Assembly (NCBI GenBank): GCA_002633005.1
Contig: NMRA01000171.1
Coordinates: forward strand, 1 to 64,000
From: Phoronis australis
Taxonomy: Eukaryota > Animalia > Phoronida
Reading direction: 5' to 3'
Length of the DNA: 64,000 nucleotides
Part shown: piece after piece, positions 36,701 through 46,819 of the stretch
Numbering within the stretch: the first letter of the stretch is position 1
How the letters are laid out: the number at the start of each line of letters is the position of its first letter
The notes under the pieces: generated by a model
Told to the model about the DNA's origin: nothing
The model's database searches: none
The model's input: the letters and a program-made list of their open reading frames with translations, nothing else
Program-made: the position numbers and the translations under genes

Positions 36701-37741
36701 ACTGTTAATAGTGTTTATAATAGTATCTCAGAAATTTCGCGGGACTCTTTTTACAGTAATTATTTTTACTGATCAGTTGTATTTGGGACACAACAAATTA
36801 ATGACACTGATGAGATCTGTTTGTTAATTGAATAGCATAGGCTGCTCTGGAATACTGCCAATGGTCAAGAGCAGACTGGCTTGGAATTTTAATTGGTTAT
36901 TCAAACTGTGAACTCACAAATAAATTTTCCCAGTATTAGTCTTGTAAAATTTAATAGAACTTAGAATCCCAGTAAACTTGTGTTCCATGCAAAAAAATCC
37001 TAATAAAAATTTGCCTGAAAAATACAAGGATTACTTCACATGTGAACACTATTTTGCAGAAGCTCACGAATTAACATCCACTTGGCTTGTTCACAAAAAT
37101 CCTTGTATCACCTCTGTACCTTGCAATAAACACAGGGAAATCCTTATGCACATCATGTGAAATTTAGTGGAAGTAATTCTGTTATTTTCCTGCTAATATT
37201 TTTGCATTGGGGACATGATTTACCTGGTATTCTGAATTCAACCAAATTTGCCTGAACTAATACCAGGAAATTTTGTTCATGAGTTATCACGGTTTGGTTA
37301 CTCAGTTAAGAGTTGTACAGCATCGGTGCCTGCCAATGGGATCGACACAAATACTGGTATTATGGCAGTCAGCAGGATTCCTTGGGCACATGACTGTTTG
37401 TGGAATTACTCCAGTTAACTTTTTTTTCCTGAAATATTTACAGGACTTTGAAATACATGAGAACACAGCTAACTTTGCTAAAACTTCATGTCGTAACACC
37501 TGATATTTCAGGTCTGTATTCAGTTCATTTAGTCATGATTTTTTCATGGTATTGTTGCTACAGGTTTGTTCGAGCAGAGCATTATCGCTACTCGTACACA
37601 AAGCTAGGCAGTAAGAGTGCCGCTGAAGGCAAGTGGTGGACACGAAGGCGCCTTGGGAATTATCTGCCACCCGTGTCTCTGGATTCACTGCAAGACTTCA
37701 TGAGACATATGGGATGGAGACTGCCTCGTTTGCCAGCATAA
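24576..37741 (+). CDS. LMF1: Lipase maturation factor 1, whole CDS span (12 exons, 558 aa)
   Basis: Exons 24576-24741, 26200-26301, 27765-27972, 28305-28315, 29878-30026, 31334-31399, 32348-32515, 33595-33772, 34426-34579, 35436-35619, 36107-36219, 37564-37741 total 1677 nt in frame; motifs GWESQLLE, GLIKIRGD, TQPVPNP, SGNLSFLNWL, NTYGAFGS, PYHYRLDWLMWFAA. Confidence 0.95.
25640..25690. mobile_element. Tc1-like terminal repeat fragment, same family as 40555-40790
   Basis: ta|cagtacacaccaaaagtattcagacaaaaatgacccagaattccc matches the reverse complement of 40741-40792. Confidence 0.5.
25951..26060. mobile_element. ~110-bp palindromic MITE, same family as 33462-33573
   Basis: Inverted arms around agaaccagttt...aaactggtt; colinear with the 33.5-kb copy. 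Confidence 0.65.
26200..26301 (+). CDS. LMF1: LMF1 exon 2
   Basis: ttttacag|TT...VAFLVGLHQNEALIGSNGLLPA...G|gtacaa. Confidence 0.9.
26405..27150 (-). mobile_element. Second HINE-like element with degenerate ~150-180-bp internal repeats, in LMF1 intron 2
   Basis: Repeats of gatgatatctaaaga...gaaactt...tgatgtca near 26632, 26811, 26977, 27123; CTCF-like gcgcctcctagtgg at 26740-26753. Confidence 0.5.
27765..27972 (+). CDS. LMF1: LMF1 exon 3
   Basis: tattttccag|GT...APTLLW...LYHSIVNVGQR TG|gtgagg. Confidence 0.92.
28305..28315 (+). CDS. LMF1: LMF1 exon 4, 11-nt microexon
   Basis: ttttacattttag|GTACGGCTTTG|gtgagt; completes W-Y-G-F-G and restores frame (phase 2 to phase 1). Confidence 0.9.
29878..30026 (+). 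CDS. LMF1: LMF1 exon 5
   Basis: GWESQLLESGFL...YRWLIFRIMFGA|gtgagt. Confidence 0.93.
30200..30322. repeat. Interspersed repeat fragment, second copy at about 34078-34190
   Basis: Shared aaaatt.tgggcattcac...aatgttaga...ttttggcaat blocks. Confidence 0.45.
30578..30960. mobile_element. Degenerate palindromic MITE, related to 7586-7870
   Basis: Inverted arms (ggcattttactct / gagagtaaaaggc) and internal gccaactc repeats. Confidence 0.5.
30975..31120. repeat. Tandem repeat, 3 copies of 48-49 bp
   Basis: ttcaattatgtagc at 31001, 31049, 31098. Confidence 0.9.
31334..31399 (+). CDS. LMF1: LMF1 exon 6
   Basis: GLIKIRGDQCWLDLTCMHYHYQ between ag and gt. Confidence 0.93.
32348..32515 (+). CDS. LMF1: LMF1 exon 7
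   Basis: TQPVPNPISYYLHQSPDWFHKFE...IQIMFQ|gtaat. Confidence 0.93.
33462..33573. mobile_element. ~110-bp palindromic MITE ending 21 nt before LMF1 exon 8
   Basis: aggggtc...attttaagaaccagttt / aaactggttcttaaaat...gacccct inverted arms. Confidence 0.7.
33595..33772 (+). CDS. LMF1: LMF1 exon 8
   Basis: VVLIISGNLSFLNWLTILPSLACFDD...G|gtgggt. Confidence 0.9.
34426..34579 (+). CDS. LMF1: LMF1 exon 9
   Basis: LSVPVVHNLLSPKQAMNTSFEPLRILNTYGAFG AG|gtgaga. Confidence 0.92.
35436..35619 (+). CDS. LMF1: LMF1 exon 10
   Basis: VTKERTEVIFQGT...FKCKPGD...PYHYRLDWLMWFAAFQ|gtgagc. Confidence 0.94.
36107..36219 (+). CDS. LMF1: LMF1 exon 11
   Basis: NYQYNPWLVHLAAKFLVND...NPFEGKSPP AA|gtaagt. Confidence 0.92.
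37564..37741 (+). CDS. LMF1: LMF1 exon 12 (last coding exon)
   Basis: FVRAEHYRYSYT...GKWWTRRRLGNYLPPV, TAA at 37739-37741. Confidence 0.92.
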
Positions 37742-37802
37742 ACATCTGGAGTGGGACACTGTGTACATTTATTTATTGGACAAACACAAAACTGCTACTT
37801 AT

Positions 37803-39278
37803 AGATCTAATTCAAGCGGCAGACATTAAAATCCAAAGCGAGGCTCACTGCGATAAACAAAGCGAAAGTTGACATTGCCCGAGTTAAATGTCCGGTCTTT
37901 TGAGTCCCACCTGGATATTAAATCTTAAAAATGTGTCGACAATTAACTACAGCGACGTAGAAAAATACATTAGAAAACAAGTTAATGCACCAAAGAGTTG
38001 TCTGACGAAATGGTATAATTTTTTTTGAAAAACTATTTTAGAAACATGAAAAGTAAATATGACCTAATTGCGGCGATTGTAGTGTTACGGATTAGGTATT
38101 ATGCTGAAGGCAGGGATACGTATCTTCTTGTAATTAAATTGTTGATAAAAATGCTTTCTACACGAACCAGGTCATCTGCTCGTATTGTTGACGAGTTGAA
38201 CTGAGATATATTCGACAGTGGTGGCTCATCGCATTTTGCTGTCATGACGTGCAAGTAGTCACACCTGGTTTAATTTGTTGATCAAGAATATTAACATCAA
38301 GTATAGCCTGATCCTCGTGAGGTAGGGACTATATCGGGACTAACAGTTGATTTAAGTCATTGATCTTATAGAATAATTGGTGTTATTAAATATATTTTAA
38401 TTAAAATAAAAACCAGGCTCGTAATTGAAAATATAAATTATTTGACCATCAATTCTGCTGTCTTAGTTTTAATAATTCTTACGTCTATTTCATGTATTAG
38501 GTTTCAAATATCAATCTGGACCAAGTTGAATTTTAAAATTAAATCACCTAATTCGTTTGTCCAAAGCATAACCTCGTTTTAGAACTCGATTCAGTTAACT
38601 GGACAGAGCAATCATAGTTATCATGTTTCCAGGAGTCTCTTCGTCTGAGGCCGCGGAACTGAGACGGACTAGGACTTCGCTGAGTGAGGGGAAAACTCTA
38701 CCTCCTGATCACCATCAATAGCACCCCCGCCGATTGCAAGCTCTCATAGGCTCTGCCTCAGTTTAAAGTAGCATTTTATGCTCTTTCAAATTGTCACCTT
38801 TGTGGTTACAGGTGATTTGAACTTTGCATTGAAAGAAAAATAAATTTCAGTCACTAGGGGAATTTTTAGGCCTCGTGGGGGAATTTCAATATTTTTGAGA
38901 GGGAAATAGGCCCCTGTCCTTTTTGGAAAGAAAAATGCATCATGTTTCAAACCGTAGTCATGAGCCTGGTTGGCCGAAGATTCTCCGGTCATTGCTATCG
39001 ATGCTTGACAACCGAGATGCGACAAAATATGATCTAAACTTTTCGAAAACATTTATAAATTTTACACGGATATATTTTCCTTCGTTGCGACGTATGGCAA
39101 TGACCCAACGCTTCCGAATCTCAACGTCCCTAGGGATTGTAAAGCAGATGGTTGAGTGTCCGTATTTTTTCTAGCCGTTCGAGCAATGCGGCCCTACACT
39201 ACTATGCCAGTAAGCGAACAGAGTTATTGTAGCGAGCCTTGTTTTGGAACGCGCCTCCTGTCGGCGTGAATTGGGTCT
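37803..39278. mobile_element. Decayed ISL2EU-like DNA transposon derivative in the probable LMF1 3' UTR
   Basis: AT on both sides (37801-02, 39279-80); imperfect ~21-bp TIR agatctaattcaagcggcag vs agacccaattcacgccgacag; minus-strand THAP relic IPRDVEIRKRWVIAIRRNEGKY near 39065-39200; plus-strand relic WILNLKNV...KWYNFF near 37910-38035. Confidence 0.62.
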
Positions 39279-40229
39279 ATGGCAATTCCTGAAGTCAGTG
39301 AAATCTGTTTTGGGGACGTTAATTTTTACATTCCCTTGAAACCTGTTTTATCAAAGGTAATTCTTCACTCATAGGCAATTCTTCATCTGTTTCTCATATA
39401 ATCACCACTGATAACCTTTTTGCAAATGACGGAAATTTAACCAAATGTTGTTTTATACATTACATGTTTTCACAGTACAAAGCCAGCTTATAACAGACTA
39501 AAAAATTCTTTGATTTTGTATTTTTTGAAAAATTTTGTGCAATAAAAGTTGCCTAACTTGTCCATAATGTATAGGTGAAGAATTACCATATGCCCCATTG
39601 AAGCTAAGACACGTGATTGCAAGAATGGGAGTGTTTTTAAGAACAAAGCTTTGTATCTAGTGAGAGTCTGGTCGTGTAACTTCATATTTTAGTCATAGAA
39701 TGTCGGAATGTTTTTGAGTGCTAATCATATTTAATGTCACTCTGACTGGAACTCCATAACATTGTTCACACATGCCATCTTCACCAAGCAATTTAGTGAA
39801 GTGTGTGCCAGCAAAATTACTAAATTATTGTTTCAGCTGATAAAGCAAACCTTTGTGGCAGTCGAAATACAAGGTCAAAAATCGATGACACTCAGGGTAT
39901 TGTTTATCAAAAAAGCAAGAAAACATGATTTTACAAAAATGTGAAATGCCTTATGTTTTTCTTTGTTGTAAGAATCAAGTAGAATGCAGTTTTCAATTTG
40001 GGGCAAGTTTCTGTCAGTGGATCAAATGGAGTAAGTCTATTTCTGCAGGAATTATTGGCTTTGGCCGTTCTTTATGACCAGTTTCTTGTTTACATTGCAG
40101 CTGTCTGTTGGTGGTGGTGATGGAGAAATGTTGTTAAAAGTTGAAAATCTCCTGCTGTTTTCTGGCATCGTTACAGTGCTTGACTGTTTTGTTGGCTTTC
40201 TTTTGCTTTAAATAGTTGTTTTATTTTGG

Positions 40230-40235
40230 AATAAA
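40230..40235 (+). terminator. Candidate LMF1 poly(A) signal AATAAA
   Basis: AATAAA after a U-rich tract with downstream U/GU-rich sequence; other AATAAA hexamers lie upstream (38406, 38839, 39541). Confidence 0.3.
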
Positions 40236-40554
40236 TCGTATAACACATCATGTATGTTACAATTTTTCTGTGTGGAAATTACAACACTTTACAATGTGCT
40301 GGAGCTTCACATTAGAGTCCCATGCAATGCCATTTTTGAAAACCATGGTTCATGTTCATGTTATAGGGTGGTAACTTTTTTAATTCATTGTTCCTATTAA
40401 CTCAACATGAAGGAATGGAGTTCATTGATGGGTTCAGCTAGAAGATTGACCATCACTGACTTGATTTATTTAGTATTTTGAAATTGCAATTTTGGTTCTA
40501 CCTATTTAGTGCTGTGCGTTTTCATTTTTGTTTTGAAAATAACTTGATTGTAAC

Positions 40555-40790
40555 CACTCAAGCACAGAAATATTCAGACAAAACACCGTTCCCCTGACGT
40601 GATTTCTTAATTGTGTTGACATCAAAAAATAACGGTAATGACTATTATGGGAGCAAATTTTTAATCATAGAATGGCTTAGTCACCTTGTCATGTAAATTT
40701 CCTCTTAATGCATTTCCTTTTCTACTTCTGCCCATTCAGCTTGACAGGGAATTCTGGGTCATTGTGTTTGGACACTTGTGGCTTGTACTG
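40555..40790. mobile_element. Tc1-like MITE remnant
   Basis: Right end ...cttgtactg|ta; left arm aatattcagacaaaa; matches 25640-25690. Confidence 0.5.
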
Positions 40791-41317
40791 TAAATCTGTA
40801 ACTTTCGGGTCTGCAAATGGCCTATTAAAAATCGAGGAAGCAATTACTTGTGACACAATGTGACCATTTACAGGGTGGACAAAGGGAGTTTTTTGGACCT
40901 GCTTCTCTCCAAATCCTGATAAAGGAAGACCACAAGCAGCCACTTTTGCTGCTGGGGTGGGGGTGCAGTTCTATATTTACATGATACCTGACATCTCATT
41001 ACTCACTGCGGTAAAAATGAGCGCAGTTCGCCAGACCAGAATGGTGGTTTATAAGAAATGAAATGTGTTCGTATTTTTTGAAAATGTAAGTAGAGAGATC
41101 TGTTGCCCTGGTGCTAATAAATACTATGCAACTCTTTTTGACATCTGAATTGTATTGAGAGCAGAGAACAGTTCGTGTGATTTACCCGAGTGCATTTCTG
41201 TGAGATCACGTGCCCAACCTGGCTTACGACGCCGAGTGAATTTCGAGTTACCATTGCAACCGCAACAAGCATTTCCTCGGCGCCCAAGAGATGGCAGTGT
41301 GTCCCGTGTCTGAACCC

Positions 41318-41382
41318 TAGTCTCCTGCACAGACCCTCGAGCCATCCGTGACGTCAGCTTGTGAGGCCCGGGAACCAGGTTA
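41318..41382. mobile_element. 65-bp AcademH-like MITE with a 10-bp target-site duplication
   Basis: gtctgaaccc at 41308-41317 and 41383-41392; termini TAG...TTA; imperfect ~20-bp TIR; internal TGACGTCA. Confidence 0.75.
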
Positions 41383-44300
41383 GTCTGAACCCGTGAACTG
41401 CATCCTGGTTCCAACTTGGGACGTCTGAGCGGTCTGAGCCAATTAATGTTCTGAACGTCTCAGGACCGGATCTTAACTAAGCTTCGCCCAAGAAAAAGGT
41501 TTTCACTTTTACCTAAACTTGTACATCGTTTTTTTTAAACTTTCAGACAAACATGTTCTGTGTGTATGGCGATTTTTCTTAAATACTTGCATTAAGTACG
41601 TCACTTAATCGCCGTCTTTGCAACACGAATTTCAGCATATCATACACTCGTTGACTTGCACGAGTGTTTGTTGTGCGATGGGCTTCATTTACAACACAAT
41701 GTTAATATTAGAGGCTCCTACTCAACAGAATTTTTAATCGACACTTTCACAAGGAAATTAATTTTCTTGTATTCGTACACGGCGTCTCATTGGTGACTCA
41801 TTCGAGGACCCGAATGGTACCGTAGGTCCTACTGACATTCTTCTGACGATTTTTTTCAAATTTCAATGTAACTCCATCTCGACGAAATCAAGCGTATAAA
41901 GTTTGACATATTTAGTCGTATTGGTTTAGTACTATTGTATTTCATGAAAACGTGACTTTATGTCCCGAACGCCGGCCAGCCAGCTACCTGTATGAGGGCT
42001 ATATATCGTTCGAACTCCGAAGGCAAAGTGAACCCTTTCGTTTGGTGCTTCTGTTGTCGCACTTCGCAATTGTGCTTTAATAACTCACATGTGATAATGA
42101 ATTCTCACTCCTGAAAGTTAAGGAAATTGTTATCAAAGCTTTTGAATTACGCATTAGCAAGCTGTTGGCACAGCTGAAATATGGTCCGTCGTTTAGAATC
42201 TTCCTGGCTTCTGTATACAGACTAAATGTTGCCGCTTGTATTGTAGTTCAATGCTATTAATGTATTTGACAATACAAGACATCATATCAGAATATTACAG
42301 AAGCCGTAATATTAAAAAAACGCTGTAACAATCAAATATTCACACTTCGTCTTTTGTACTCTTGTAGCCGAGAGCGGTGCAAACATTTTAAAAAATACCC
42401 CTTCCGCTTCTTTTTAAAAAGCGTTTTGAGTATTCGATTGTCACTAACGTCACCTGAAATTTCAAGGACGAGCCCATTTACACGGGCAGTAAAACTTTCA
42501 AACTGATTTTAATGACCCATAAACTTGTGAAGGTTGAAACTTAGGAAATGATTTCAAAAAAAAATAATAATTATGTCCTTCGGCTGCGAAGACTCTTAGC
42601 AAGAGATCCAGTAACCCATACAATACTCGGCATTGGATTTTCCTTTCATCGGACCTTCTTAAATCATATCATTATCCCAACCTGACTATTAAATTTAAAA
42701 TAAAACTTTTCTAAACTACCGACCACTAAAATAAGTATTTTCTTGACAAAAGGCGATCATTGTGTTAATGTATTGCTGCACGATACTTCGGTGTGCACCC
42801 GGCTATAAACCTAAATCGACCATCGTAAAATGTAACAGCTCTTACCTGTCTAATGAATAAATTGTCATTTTCTCAGATTTTATTGCGCCTTATAATGTCC
42901 TATAAACGTAGAGCCTATTCACTTTTATCCAAGCAAGTCATTTCATAAAAACTCGCAAATGCTTACCTATTCTGATTTGTCAATAAATTGTTGATTGGTG
43001 AAAAAGTTAAGAGGTAACCGGTATGTTGATGACAATGCTGTTGTTGTGTTGTGAGACGAATCCGCTCCCCAGGCGAGAGAGGAATGGGTTGGAGCTTTTA
43101 CTCCAGGTTCAACGAGTACACTTTATATATTTCACTAATTTGCAAATATTAATAAACTATAAATTGTAATGTTCTGCTTTGATAAAGGGGATCAGTGTCG
43201 AGAAAGGGTTGGGTATGTGCATTTGAATGGAGTGGGGCAAATGTCGTCGAGTCTAACCTTGTCAATAAGTGCTTAGTAATTGTTGAATAATTCACATTAG
43301 AACGTGAATGCTTTTTGGGGGCACAGCAGCAACAGAATGCATGTGTAGTAATTTAAGCATTGTGCAATCCTCATTTCTGCTTTGTGGTTTTAATTTTGTC
43401 ATCACGGAACTCGGAGATCGCCTCTTGAAAACAAATCGATGCAATCTGGGCAGCGCTGATATTTAGGCAGTTTATTGAAGTTTCGAGTTTGTGAGTCGTT
43501 TCGTCTTCATTAGCAAGTCCGCAAATTACGTTAGGAAATACCCGAAACTATATATCACGCATTCGTTTCATTAATTGAAATTGCTAATATCCTACTTGCA
43601 TGTGGTATTGATAAATGCTATTACAGCACATTGAAAAACTAATTAAGGGGTCAAAACTGAGTTTGTCATTAACAAATACATTTTCCTTAGTTTGCTAACT
43701 TGTGTGTTTACAGCACATTTTGTTAAATTATCCCAAAATTTTTGTAATTTAAAAATTTTTATTTTGACATTCTCCCATAGTCTAGTCTAAACATATTGTT
43801 CTGAGAGACTGCGGTAAAATTATCCACACCCGGCGCTCTTCCAGTAATGGAACTAGCTGTTGAAGGTCCCCAGCGCATCGAGCTATTTACAAGACGATAG
43901 CTAATTGGGCAATAATTAAATTAAGAAGAACGTGTTGCGCTAATTTGTGTCATTTTCCTGATGGCTAATCGTACTTTGTAATTAAGAGCCCGATGCTGTC
44001 GATTCCGAGTGTGCGTTTAGTGCCGTTCTAATTTTGTCGGCCTATCGAGTTTTGATGAAAAGTGAATTGTACGTGGGTCCCCTGAGCTGAGTTTAATTAA
44101 AATACTACCTCCGACGTTCGCTGCCTGGTTATCCAGTTAAAATTCCACAGCCTTCGAGATATGGTGCTTTCCGAAGACTTTGCTAAGTAATTCTGCAGTC
44201 ATAAAATGTCGTAAAGACTTGTCAGTAGACCAAACGGAGTTTTACGAAGTTTTCTGCCGGAAATTGAGGAACACTTGTTGGGTAGTTCTAGCAATTAGTA

Positions 44301-46719
44301 TGCTCAATTTTTCAGCGTATCAATTATTGATTTGACATGCATTGCCTTTATCGATTGTGGTGTGCCCTCAACCAAATGTGAATCTACATTTTACCTTTAG
44401 TTGGAAAAATAAAGGGACTTCCCTTATAGTTATTCCCATCTCATTCTTGAGCTATAATACAACACTACTGAAAATTACAGAATTCGTGTAAATTACACGA
44501 ACTGAGAACACGTGAAAAACATCGAATGTCGAGATGAAAAAGCGTTTTTATTCTTTATGCACTGGTTGGGTGCGTTCACGAAAGAATGCAGTATTCTGAA
44601 GTATGCATTAAATTACCAGCCAGGCCACGTTTTCCAAATAGATTGCACCTCTAATTACAATTGCATAAAGTGGTCGAAATTGAGCGATACTCATCAATAA
44701 ACGTAACAAGTTGCGTTACAAACAAACCTTTAATATATCTTCAATGTGTTTATAATGAGGCGTCGTCTGCATCATCCGTCCAATTTCCTCAAGACTGTTT
44801 TGTCCAATCTCCGCCCAATCTAGTCCTGGCCAATCCTCGAACAGCCAGACTAGAATACACTTCGTCGGCGTGGTCGGCTGATCAAAGGCATACTCACAAA
44901 GCTTATCGGTGATCGGTAATTTGAACAAAATTGTCAATTTAATTGTGTTGAGGTAACTCCATTGAGCTGACTATGGGCAAGCGAATGTGTGGTATTACGG
45001 CTAAATACCTAGTATCAGATTAACTTTGTGAGGAGATGTTATGTTTATTCATAACGTTTATCAATCCTCAGTCCAGTCTAACCGGCGTGAAACTGAAACT
45101 CTGCTTTCTGAAGTAGTCATTCCGTTGGTACGTTCATTCTCAATCATATGTCTACCACAGCCGAGGAGATTGTGTTCAACACCAAGCGTGTTTTTCAACT
45201 CACGGAACATGGCGTAAATCGAGGCTAAACGCTGTCTACACTGTTTATTTTGAACTATCGATTTTTAAAATTCTTAGCTGTAACTATACGATAACAGGTG
45301 TGTCCTGTTTACCATAGCCACAATTTTAATACATCAGATATCGAAGTGACACACTTGACTACAATTTCTCTACGACCTGGGTTATTTGTGAGCATATGTA
45401 TTTAATCAAAGAGAACATAACAGTAAAATTTATTTAATGTTGAGGTTAATTTCGTACCCAGCTGTCGTCTTGGTCATGAGCTACTCTCAGTGAGCACCAC
45501 GGGGTATGAATAATAAAATAATATACAAAATAATGATATCGTTGCTTAAGTACATTGATAATGGCCCGGCAGTCCGCGCTAATAAGGTGCACCTCTATTC
45601 CAATATGAATCAACATAATTTTCTTTGAATTTACATTAGTTGGCTACTGATTAGGGTAGAATCGGCCATCTTCAAGTCTGTGAGACACAAAAAGTAGTCA
45701 GGACAAAAATTTCCCTATTTTCGGTTTGAGACAAGTTCACTTTTTTAAGTTAGAAATTACTTATAATTTGACTGTAGAAATGAGCGCCAGGAACCGAAAC
45801 ATCTGGCCAGCGAGAGGTACGTTCATGGAAACTGAATCGAATACGTGCTATTTCTTATCTATCCACCATGGAATAGACGGTAACTTTCTCCTTGTTCAAT
45901 TTCATTTAATTTAGAGACAAAATTTACTGATTTTAACGCAAACCAATATTTAGGCAAAACATATTCTCGAATAACGCTCTTTTAATACGACATCGATTTC
46001 TTTCAAAACAAACATAATTTGATATAAAAAATCTATTTTCTTTTTGAAATTCTATTGGTGCACGAACAAAATGGCCACCACATTCAGGCCGAATAACGTT
46101 GAACTTCAATTTTCACCCCGAACTTCAAATAATTGGCTGTAGAAGAACGCAAGTAGGCCTACACAAAAGTCTTCAACTTTTGTCATGTTTCCATGTCAGT
46201 AATACTTTGTTTTAGACCACTTACGGTTATGAAGTTGGTCTCAAATTGTTCCTTTGTCAAAGTGAAGACCTCAAGGATTCGAAGAATTCGTTATTGCTGC
46301 GGCTTAAGATCAAGCTCCAGTTTACGAGTTGACTTGGCACGGCATGCCATGTTACGCGCCGAACATAATCTCGAGGAATAACGCATTGTCACCGAGTTCT
46401 TTGCAAACCCAGAGACCGCTTAGTCATCTGAATCATGAAGAAAACGTTGAGAACAATTTTATATTGGAACGAGGATTACAGCCGCTTGAGTGGGTAGCCC
46501 GACCAGCGACACCACTGTTCTTCCTAGGGTCCCACTGGACACGTCAACAAATACCGATTCTGCATTTTTGGATTTGTTTTCTGACGAAACGTAATCTTTT
46601 TGGGTAACACAAGTCCTTTTTTCACGAAAACTGTATCAGCTTATTTCAAGAAAATTAAATAGTAGGCACATATAGCTGTTGAAACTGATTAACTTTGAGA
46701 ATTTAAGTTTTATTGATAA

Positions 46720-46819
46720 AACTGATTTATACTGCCGCAGTCTTGAGATATTAATAATGAAAATGTTTTAACTGATTTATACTGCCGCAGTCTTGAGATA
46801 TTAATAATGAAAATATTTT
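46720..46819. repeat. Near-perfect 50-bp tandem duplication
   Basis: actgatttatactgccgcagtcttgagatattaataatgaaaat at 46721 and 46771. Confidence 0.95.
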
